DNA from: Flavobacterium sp.
Lineage (GTDB): Bacteria; Bacteroidota; Bacteroidia; Flavobacteriales; Flavobacteriaceae
Assembly: GCA_044231345.1 (NCBI GenBank)
Contig: JBIHZQ010000001.1
Coordinates: 1-51,558, forward strand
DNA length: 51,558 nucleotides
Reading direction: 5' to 3'
The translations under genes and the position numbers were made by a program. The notes below the pieces were generated by a model that saw only the letters and a list, made by a program, of their open reading frames with translations, was not told where the DNA came from and did not search any database. Of this stretch, positions 1-8,346 are shown piece by piece; positions within the stretch are counted from its first letter, which is position 1, and every line of letters begins with the position of its first letter.

Positions 1-94
1 ACGGAGCAAAATAAACAATTAAATTTATTGTAAATAGATGATTATCAATAATTTAGTTACTATTATAGTGATTATTACTTCAAAGTAGTAATCA

Positions 95-3000
95 CTATTT
101 TTTTGATTTTTTTTTCAAGTTATATTTTACACCAAATTGTATGGCATTAGAGTAAAACTCCGATTGATTATAAAATTCAAAAGAAGTTGTAATTGCAGTA
201 TAATCAAAAATTTGATACGATAATTCTCCGATAAAACGCTTAAATTCTTCACTATAATCATCATAAAACCAGGCAACTTCTATCCTTGAAGTGAAATTAC
301 TATCCGTTTTACCAAACTTCCATCCAAGACCTCCCCCTGCAAAAAAGCGTTTAGGAATAATCCAATAAGGATAACCAGACGAGGGATTAACAGCTGCCGT
401 GCCTATAGAAGCTGTTGTAAAAGCAGTTTCAATGAAAGGCAAAAGTTTTGATTTTACTTCCCTCCCATCATCAAATACAATTTTACCAATTGAGGAAATT
501 TGATAGGATTCGGAAATTTGAGCAACTGAAGACTTTTTACTTGGTAGATAATAATCTGCTTCTAGCGATAAACTGACATTTAAAAACTTAAAAAGATACC
601 CGTCTTGATAAAAATTTCCTTGTAGTTGGTATATGTTTTTGCTGTATCCTGGTCCTGTTTCAACTGGAAAAAATTTTAATTCTGCTGACCTAAACCATTT
701 GTTTCTAGCCAACGTTGCACCCATACCTAATTGGAAATAATAATCATCAGCGTCGCTATACTCGGCTCTAATTCTTGACCAATACTGCAATTTTTCAAAA
801 ACTTGTGAATTATTAAATTGATACTGCAGTCCGAAAAGCGTGTGAGTCTTATTGTCAATATCATCAATTTCATAGGCAATGTGATACATTTTACTGTGGG
901 TAGTTGCAACCGAATGAATATTACTTTTTTTGTCGAAAAAATTATAAGAAACTAGATTTTTAAGAGCTGATGCATTTTGTCGGTTTGTTTCAAGTGACGA
1001 GGCGATTGCTATGAAATTACTTTTTTCTTTACGGTTCATTCTAATGAGAGAATTTAAAACGTCGGGGTAAAAAAACAATGGATATTCATTGATTAATTCT
1101 TGTTGTAATTCAGCCTCAACATACAGAACATCTTTGTTCAAATTAGCTCTTAAATTTTCTTTTTCAGCACCTTCTTCCATTGAATTTGCTAAAATCCATG
1201 CCTCTTTGAACTTTCCGATTTCATGATACATAGCGCACATTATTGCAATTATTTTTGTGTCATTAGGAACTTTTTTAGTGTATTCTACAAACGCTTTTTC
1301 TATTTGGTCGTATTCCTTTAATTCAATAAGCCAAAATAGGGTTGTTTCAAACGGTATTTCTTTACTACAAACTGACCAATCATAAGCTTTTTGAAGTTGA
1401 TTTGCATCTGCATAGAGCCAAGTAATTTCAGTGGCAAGGCTTTGTAACTCCAAACATGGAGGTTTCAATTTCAATTCTAAAAGTGCCTTTTCTGGTTCGT
1501 AAGTGAGTAAAAACTGAATGAATTGAATGTACGCTTCTTGACTTGAATCAACTTTCAATAAATTCAATAATGCCGTCTTAATTTTCTCTTGATTTTCTGA
1601 AGTATAAAAGGAAGCAATATAGCTATTTAACAATTCAGAATCATTGGGAGTATAAAGCATTTGTGCGGAAAGCCATTTTTCATAAACTAATTCATTGGGA
1701 TATTCTACAATCGTGTTCAAAACTTTAGAATACATTACATTTTCTTTAATTGGAAATTTAGTACACTTTTTTTCTAAAAGCTCCCAAACTTCATTACCCC
1801 TATCACTCCATACCAAATAGCGCGCATAAGTATTCCAAGTTAGTGTATCAATAGTACTTTCAGAATCCATTTTTTGTTTAAGATTCGAAATTTCAATTTT
1901 TAACTTTTCATCAGAATCATCTACCCATTGTTCCTCCTGTTGAAATAGTTTTACTTTTTGTTTATAGGAATAGTGTAATGACCTTACTTGGTCTATGTAA
2001 TTTTTATTTATTGGATTTTTTTGATTCAAATCAGGCAACGTTAGCCTTGAAGTTTTGGTATGAATAGAATACAAATACCCTTTCAAATAGGGGATTTTTG
2101 AAAATCGAATCACGTTTTTTTGAAAAGATTTTTGAACTTTTTCACTATTTGATTCTGAAACATATAAAAACCAATATTGTGAATTGGATATAGAATTCTC
2201 ATTGTTTAATTCTTTAACGGTATAAAATGCGTCGTTGTTTTCATGACTGAAAGCAGAGGCTCTCCAATCAAAAACTATGTTAGCTGCATCGCCCGCATTT
2301 AAAAAACGAACTTGTGGATAATTATAGGTGAATTTTTTTAATAGGGTATTAAATTCATAATACATTCCTTTTTTTTTTTCTTTAGACTTATACCATCCAA
2401 GTCCAAGATGGTTTCTTGAATGATAATTATTGCTTAAAGCATCCTTTTCATCTTCAATTTGGTAAACGTCATCTGGATGAACAAAGTGCGACCAAACACC
2501 CGTATATAAGTAGGTGGATTGCATATCGTATTGCTCGTCATTACTCAAATAAAACCCACTTGTAGTCCTAGGAAAATCAAAAAAACCTTTATTAAACGGT
2601 TCCATATCAAATTCTCTATTCCCTCCATCCTTCAAATCCCCATTATAAATGCTGCACAAATATTTTAGTGTAGGCATGTTTTTTTTAAGTTGGTCAATAC
2701 CTTCATTATCAATATTATTAGATGGTGGGACATACGTGATTGGTGCTTTACCAAAATTGCTTAACTCCCATTTTTTTTTTACCGAATTTAAAGAGGTCGC
2801 AATAAAATCTTGATTTTCCCATAAATCTGCCATTAATTGCACGTGATTATATCCATGAAATGCTAATTCATGACCATTTTTTGCAGCATCTAAAACAAAC
2901 CAGTTGCTTAAAATCTCATTATTTTTTTTAGCTTTAATTTTATTTTTATCCCATTGATCAAAAGTAAACGGCGGAACTACTTTGTTTTTATAATCAAAGG

Positions 3001-3961
3001 TTAGCATTACAGAATAGCTTATGGAATATTTTTTTGCCAACGAAAGCATGTCGGGCCACCATACTCTTTTAACAAATTCAGTAGTAGTCAAATTCATTTC
3101 TGAAGCAATTGGTTCTGCTTTTATATCAAAAAGTGGACATGGAAAATCATCTAAAAAAATTGTTGAAACATTGGCAATGGGATATGGAATTCCTTCTAAA
3201 CCAATTAAAACTCCTGAAAACAAAAAAGCTCTATCCCTTTTTTCAAATGATTTACGAGTATTAAATAGGATTACTTTTCCCAAACCAATTTTATTTTCAA
3301 TTACTGTTGGATAGGAAGTTTGGTTAACGGCTGTTGCCAAAAAAGTAACATTATTATTGAAATTTTCTTTTGCAAACCCATAATGAACTTCGTTTTTATT
3401 TAAATCTAAATTAGTAAAGTTTGGTAATAATGGTTTTAAAAAACGAAATCCTTTGGAGGTAATGTCAGTAGAATAATCAGCATCTGGTTTGAAACCGAGA
3501 AGAAATGCAATTCGTTTATCTTCGGTCGCCATAGGAATAAAGAAAGTTCCCCCATTTGCTACAAAATCAATGATAGCTTCTATTGCGGTAGTACTTAGTG
3601 CAGCAGTTCCGGCAACACAAAGCACTCGAGTTGATGAGGAAATAACAGGGTTATTATTCCATTTTTTCATGTTCACCGATTGATACGGTAGTTTGGTGTA
3701 ATCACAGACTTTGTTTAAATTTTGATCAATACGAACACTTTCGCTATCTCTATAATCTATAATAAATTCAATTAAAGGCGGTTGAATCGGTTTGGTCGAA
3801 TAAGGCCGAAATTGATTTTCGCCATTAGTTTCTTCATCAAATAAAGTAAAATTGTCTGAATCGAAACTATCAATGGTTCCGCAATTAGTCATCATTAAAA
3901 TAAAACTAAAAAAAAATAGTAGGCTAATAGCGCTCTTGAATTTGTTTGATATTTCTTTCAT
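95..3961 (-). CDS. DUF2194-type polysaccharide deacetylase fused to a TPR-like helical region and a C-terminal outer-membrane beta-barrel (PelA deacetylase plus PelB-like); putative lipoprotein
   Basis: Signal peptide with lipobox-like MMTN-C27; deacetylase motifs IFLDDFP, HGYNH, YVPPSN, HFVHPDD; helical A/Y/W/L-patterned middle (~aa 690-980); last ~300 aa are amphipathic strands ending AIQFGVKYNL; last gene of the pelF operon. Confidence 0.75.
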   Translation of the reverse strand: MKEISNKFKSAISLLFFFSFILMMTNCGTIDSFDSDNFTLFDEETNGENQFRPYSTKPIQPPLIEFIIDYRDSESVRIDQNLNKVCDYTKLPYQSVNMKKWNNNPVISSSTRVLCVAGTAALSTTAIEAIIDFVANGGTFFIPMATEDKRIAFLLGFKPDADYSTDITSKGFRFLKPLLPNFTNLDLNKNEVHYGFAKENFNNNVTFLATAVNQTSYPTVIENKIGLGKVILFNTRKSFEKRDRAFLFSGVLIGLEGIPYPIANVSTIFLDDFPCPLFDIKAEPIASEMNLTTTEFVKRVWWPDMLSLAKKYSISYSVMLTFDYKNKVVPPFTFDQWDKNKIKAKKNNEILSNWFVLDAAKNGHELAFHGYNHVQLMADLWENQDFIATSLNSVKKKWELSNFGKAPITYVPPSNNIDNEGIDQLKKNMPTLKYLCSIYNGDLKDGGNREFDMEPFNKGFFDFPRTTSGFYLSNDEQYDMQSTYLYTGVWSHFVHPDDVYQIEDEKDALSNNYHSRNHLGLGWYKSKEKKKGMYYEFNTLLKKFTYNYPQVRFLNAGDAANIVFDWRASAFSHENNDAFYTVKELNNENSISNSQYWFLYVSESNSEKVQKSFQKNVIRFSKIPYLKGYLYSIHTKTSRLTLPDLNQKNPINKNYIDQVRSLHYSYKQKVKLFQQEEQWVDDSDEKLKIEISNLKQKMDSESTIDTLTWNTYARYLVWSDRGNEVWELLEKKCTKFPIKENVMYSKVLNTIVEYPNELVYEKWLSAQMLYTPNDSELLNSYIASFYTSENQEKIKTALLNLLKVDSSQEAYIQFIQFLLTYEPEKALLELKLKPPCLELQSLATEITWLYADANQLQKAYDWSVCSKEIPFETTLFWLIELKEYDQIEKAFVEYTKKVPNDTKIIAIMCAMYHEIGKFKEAWILANSMEEGAEKENLRANLNKDVLYVEAELQQELINEYPLFFYPDVLNSLIRMNRKEKSNFIAIASSLETNRQNASALKNLVSYNFFDKKSNIHSVATTHSKMYHIAYEIDDIDNKTHTLFGLQYQFNNSQVFEKLQYWSRIRAEYSDADDYYFQLGMGATLARNKWFRSAELKFFPVETGPGYSKNIYQLQGNFYQDGYLFKFLNVSLSLEADYYLPSKKSSVAQISESYQISSIGKIVFDDGREVKSKLLPFIETAFTTASIGTAAVNPSSGYPYWIIPKRFFAGGGLGWKFGKTDSNFTSRIEVAWFYDDYSEEFKRFIGELSYQIFDYTAITTSFEFYNQSEFYSNAIQFGVKYNLKKKSKK

Positions 3962-3963
3962 AA

Positions 3964-5919
3964 TTAAAAAATTAAATCTATAACTTTACTTGATTTTGGT
4001 TCGTTTATTAACTCATAAACATCAAACTCATCACAACTATAAAAAAGAGATACCCCTCTCCCCTTGCGTTCTAAACTAAATAATTGATTCGATAGTTGTT
4101 GATGAGAATAAATGGTTTCATCAGGAGATTTATTTTTATAAATAAAAAGCAACACGCTTTTTGGAATTACACTTTGTGGATTTTTAGTAAAAAAACGAGA
4201 ATCTTTATGATGGCTAAAATATATTGAATCTTGAATTTGATATTCCTTCATGAAAAACGAATAGCTCATAAAATAATGTTTGTTTTTACTAAATAATTGA
4301 GTTTCATTTATGTTCACCACTGAGTAGGAAAATGGAAAAAAAGTGTCCCAAATTTGATCGTATGCCTTCACAATTTCCATTGAAATTTGTTTCGATTTTT
4401 CAAATTTATCAAGGTTAGGTTTTTGAAAATAATAGGCAAAGCCAATAAAAAGGAACAGAAAAAGCCAAATAAAATACATTTTAAAGCCTTTTAATTTTAG
4501 AATTAAAGACTTCATGCTCCGTATCACTAAGGCCGTATTGATTCCGATTAATAATGGAATAAATACTGGAAAAGATTGACTAATTAAGTCAGAGTCAATC
4601 CATGAGTTTTTAAGTAATCCGGCACTTAATAATACAATAAAATAGAGCAAGAAAACAAAGGATGCTTTCCAATTTTCTTTGTTTATTACTATGAATTTGG
4701 AAACAAGTACCAAACCAAAAAAGGCACTTACTAAATACAAACTGACCAATTTTGACATTGACATTAGTAATTGAGGCGCATAAATATAGGTACTAGTAGA
4801 AAGTAAATTAGTGTGTAAAAATTGGTAGTAATCAGTTTTGAAGTAATAACAAATTATGGAGTAAAATGTTAAAATAATAGCACTTGAAAAAAGATAGGAC
4901 AAAATAATAAACCAAAACCTACTGGAATACTTATACCAATTAAAAAGTATCGCAATGATTAAAAAAGGCGGAATGAGAATGAAAAAAGTGAATAAATCAA
5001 TAATCGCAACTACTAAAAAAACGAGTAAAAACAGACAAAAAAGCAAATATCGATTCACTTTTAAAAGGGTAGTTTTCAATGAAAAAACCATTGCAGGTAG
5101 TGCAAAAGTAAGTGCTAAATAAGTGGGTTTATTTTCAAGTATAAAATTAATATTGATTGGAGTTAATACATAAATTAAAGCGAAGGAAAATGCCGCAATA
5201 AATGGCGCAAAATAATTAGAAAAGGTGATTTTTTTAATTACCCAAAATAAAATAATAGTAAGTAAAACTGCTTCAACTATTCCAATTGATTGAAGTGCTG
5301 TTTCTGGGCTTACATCCGTAATTTTTGCATAAAAACTGCTGTAAGACAATGAACTGGGCGTGTTCATATCTGTTGAAAACCATAGCTGTGAATCTAAATT
5401 AGTCATTTTTTGTAAGTCCGAAATCCATCCATTTGAAAGGGTAAACAAATCATATTTAATAAAATAAAAAATTGCAATAAAAGTGGAGCTAGCCAAAACA
5501 GGGACTGTTAGCGCCGACATAACTTTCCTTAAATTAATTTTCTGAGGTTGTTTCGAATTAATCCATGGTTTTCCTGATTTATGTAATTCAATTCGATGAA
5601 TTAAATGATGTACGAGTTCCTTAAATTTTATTTCAAAATAGGTTATCGGATTTCTAATATTTAGAAATCCAATAGTTTCAATTGTGATTATTAAAGACAA
5701 CAACAACAAACAATTCAGAAGATCATAAATGTTTAACTGTACGGTTACAAAAAGTACCATTCCAGTAACACTCCCATATTTAAACCATTGAAATACTATA
5801 AAATCTAAAAAAGTATTGGTCGATAATGGGTTAATCCATTTTTTGTTTACATAAAAAAGAATTAAAACCAATAGACTTAACCTAAGAAAACCGATAATGA
5901 TGGAGCTACTTATTGGCAT
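3964..5919 (-). CDS. Polytopic inner-membrane protein of unknown function (possibly GT-C-like) in the Pel-like operon
   Basis: 651 aa, many hydrophobic segments, soluble C-terminal domain of ~150 aa; 2-5 bp from neighbouring genes. Confidence 0.6.
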   Translation of the reverse strand: MPISSSIIIGFLRLSLLVLILFYVNKKWINPLSTNTFLDFIVFQWFKYGSVTGMVLFVTVQLNIYDLLNCLLLLSLIITIETIGFLNIRNPITYFEIKFKELVHHLIHRIELHKSGKPWINSKQPQKINLRKVMSALTVPVLASSTFIAIFYFIKYDLFTLSNGWISDLQKMTNLDSQLWFSTDMNTPSSLSYSSFYAKITDVSPETALQSIGIVEAVLLTIILFWVIKKITFSNYFAPFIAAFSFALIYVLTPININFILENKPTYLALTFALPAMVFSLKTTLLKVNRYLLFCLFLLVFLVVAIIDLFTFFILIPPFLIIAILFNWYKYSSRFWFIILSYLFSSAIILTFYSIICYYFKTDYYQFLHTNLLSTSTYIYAPQLLMSMSKLVSLYLVSAFFGLVLVSKFIVINKENWKASFVFLLYFIVLLSAGLLKNSWIDSDLISQSFPVFIPLLIGINTALVIRSMKSLILKLKGFKMYFIWLFLFLFIGFAYYFQKPNLDKFEKSKQISMEIVKAYDQIWDTFFPFSYSVVNINETQLFSKNKHYFMSYSFFMKEYQIQDSIYFSHHKDSRFFTKNPQSVIPKSVLLFIYKNKSPDETIYSHQQLSNQLFSLERKGRGVSLFYSCDEFDVYELINEPKSSKVIDLIF

Positions 5920-5924
5920 TGAAA

Positions 5925-6734
5925 TTAATTTAAAAATTGAGGAATAGTTAACAGACTAATATTACCAATGAAATAATCAAAATTGTAAGTGCGCATTTTC
6001 GATTGGATGGCATCATTTAAGTTCGTGGAATCGGAATATTCAATCAAAATAATTGGTAACCTGTATTTTTTTTTCAATACTTCTAATTTGTTAAGGGTTA
6101 CATCAGCATGATCAACCGCTCTAAGTTTATAACCACTTGAATCGAAAGTATAATTGGTAATTACTGATTCCATGACCAAGGCATCGATAAACTCAGCCGT
6201 ACTTGGAACTAATTCAATGCCCGAGTTTTGTATGAAAAAGTGTTTCGGATATTTGGTATTTATTTCTTTTAAAAGATTGATGAGTTCTTGTTTTTGTTGA
6301 AATTGAGGTCCGTAGCTAGAGAAATTATCTACATTATCAAAAAATAATCCATCAAAACCTTTGCTCATTATTGCGGAAATCATATCTAATAGTATCTCTC
6401 CAACTTCCTTAGATTTGAGATTTAGATAATGGCTATTCCATGTTTCATTTTTTCCAATAAAATAATCTTTAAATTTTGGAAAATAGGGCGAACTTGAATT
6501 TATCTCGCCCAAACTTATATAGGCGATGACTTTGCCGTTTTGGGCTTTTAATCTGTTTACTTCATAAATAGAGTAATACGTTGCTTCAATGATTAATAGG
6601 TCGTATCCATTTATTAGCGCTGGCTCTAACCTACCATAGCATACGAGTATCGACTTTGAAATAGGTTTATTTCGAAATTCATCTGAAACTACCAACGAAG
6701 GCATTATCAATAATAATAATTTAATAAGCGGCAT
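5925..6734 (-). CDS. Endo-alpha-1,4-polygalactosaminidase (GH114/GH166, PelA hydrolase-domain-like), exported
   Basis: Motifs VCYG, VIAYISLGE, GFDGLFFDNVD, IQNSG, VMES, IILIEY; start moved to ATG 6734 (MPLIKLLLL signal-like), overlapping the pelG stop. Confidence 0.85.
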   Translation of the reverse strand: MPLIKLLLLIMPSLVVSDEFRNKPISKSILVCYGRLEPALINGYDLLIIEATYYSIYEVNRLKAQNGKVIAYISLGEINSSSPYFPKFKDYFIGKNETWNSHYLNLKSKEVGEILLDMISAIMSKGFDGLFFDNVDNFSSYGPQFQQKQELINLLKEINTKYPKHFFIQNSGIELVPSTAEFIDALVMESVITNYTFDSSGYKLRAVDHADVTLNKLEVLKKKYRLPIILIEYSDSTNLNDAIQSKMRTYNFDYFIGNISLLTIPQFLN

Positions 6735-8334
6735 AATAGTAATAATCAAGGTTTTTCAGGTAATCAACAACCGCTTTTAGCGTTACAATCATAAAACAAA
6801 CTGAACCAGAAACCATTCCAACTACACTATATTCATAGGCTATAAATCGACTGAAAAACAATCCAATGAATGCGTTAACTAAACAAGCGAAAAGAATTGC
6901 TTTGACTGATTTCGTGGGTTGGCCAAGCGTAAAAAGATACAATGAATTCAGCATTCCCCATGCCAAAAAAATATATCCAAATCCACCTAACAAACTAACA
7001 TTGATACTTACACTATCTAAAGCTTCACTAAAATGAGACTGATACCCATATGGAGAAAAAAGTATAAAATACAATAAGACAAATAATAGTATTGCCGTTC
7101 CTACTAACATCCCTACTTGTTGCCAATACATATTTAGTAGGCTTGAATTGAATTGTTTTAAATTAGAAAAGGAATTATTTTTTTGACCAACATCAAGGAA
7201 TTTACTAAAGGAAGCTACCCCATATTCTAATACACCAGAAAGTAACAAAAATACAAGAATTGCCAAATCCATTCCGAGTTCGTAGTTTTTTTCAAAATAA
7301 ATTACATAGGGCAATTGGCCATTAATCGTTGAGGTCCATGCTAAAATTCGATCAATAAAGATGAAAAAATACAAGAATAACCCATATAAAAAGTAGTTAT
7401 AATTATGATATATCAATACCGAAGACTTAAGTATCGTGGCCGTTTTATTTTTATTGTATTGAAGGTATTTATTAAAAAAAAGTAAAAGAAAAACCCCAGA
7501 GATCAATATGGCAGTTGAAATTCCAATCCAGTGCGAATAATAAATAGAAATATTCGTTCTAGTTTTCAAAAATATTGCTGTAACAGTGCCAGAAAAAATA
7601 GCAACGGTTATTACCCATCGTTGTTTTATTGTGTGTAAAGGAGCCAAAGTCAAAAGCAAACAGCCAATTAAAAAAGCATAAGAAATTACGATCAACAATA
7701 CACTAAAAGGATATAAATGCAGAACTGAATTACTGAAAAACATCAGAATCAAAAGGACAAATAGCGAACTAACTCCAACTTTTAATAAATAGGAAATTGT
7801 TTTTTTTGTCATAAAAAAGTCATCGTGATTCCAATAAAAAGAGGCCTGCCTACCTATTACTTGTACGAATCCAGCCGTAGTAATTAGTCCAATTATTACA
7901 CCCAAAACCACTGCTGTCGATTGTACATGATTAAATCCAATAAAGGTCCAAAGCGAATATCCAAAAATTACAATCGCTGCAATCTGTAAAAAAACAGGTA
8001 ATAAATGTAAGATTCCTAATGGATAATAATAGGCGAAAATTGATGCTTTAACTCTTAAATAATCGGAGAGTTGGATTGTTTTTTTAACTTTTCTATTTAC
8101 TTCTAATTCTTTTTTATTCCGCGCATTCTTATGTTCTTCATTTGTAATTAATTCATAATAAATAACCTCAGATAACGATCCCATTGTTGGTAATCCAAAA
8201 TCCTCTTCCACATCAATATTGCGAATTCCTAATGACTCTATTGTTGCTCGAACCACTTTATTACTTACTGGAATTCCTAATTTTTCTTTTACTTCAAGTA
8301 ATAGTTTTCTTATATTTTCGTGTTTTATTGCCAT
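6721..8334 (-). CDS. pelG: PelG-like exopolysaccharide transporter (divergent, with N-terminal soluble extension)
   Basis: About 12 TM segments, FIFIDRILAW and YELGMDLA segments as in PelG, directly downstream of pelF. Confidence 0.72.
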   Translation of the reverse strand: MAIKHENIRKLLLEVKEKLGIPVSNKVVRATIESLGIRNIDVEEDFGLPTMGSLSEVIYYELITNEEHKNARNKKELEVNRKVKKTIQLSDYLRVKASIFAYYYPLGILHLLPVFLQIAAIVIFGYSLWTFIGFNHVQSTAVVLGVIIGLITTAGFVQVIGRQASFYWNHDDFFMTKKTISYLLKVGVSSLFVLLILMFFSNSVLHLYPFSVLLIVISYAFLIGCLLLTLAPLHTIKQRWVITVAIFSGTVTAIFLKTRTNISIYYSHWIGISTAILISGVFLLLFFNKYLQYNKNKTATILKSSVLIYHNYNYFLYGLFLYFFIFIDRILAWTSTINGQLPYVIYFEKNYELGMDLAILVFLLLSGVLEYGVASFSKFLDVGQKNNSFSNLKQFNSSLLNMYWQQVGMLVGTAILLFVLLYFILFSPYGYQSHFSEALDSVSINVSLLGGFGYIFLAWGMLNSLYLFTLGQPTKSVKAILFACLVNAFIGLFFSRFIAYEYSVVGMVSGSVCFMIVTLKAVVDYLKNLDYYYYAAY

Positions 8335-8346
8335 AGTGCTTTACAA

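Noticed and set aside
43-55. IHF-like WATCAR-N4-TTR matches here and at 44537-44549
   Set aside because: Short AT-rich consensus expected by chance; no independent support
3964-5919. Calling the 651-aa protein PelD or PelE
   Set aside because: Too many TM segments; no GAF/GGDEF/RxxD region and no TPR region visible
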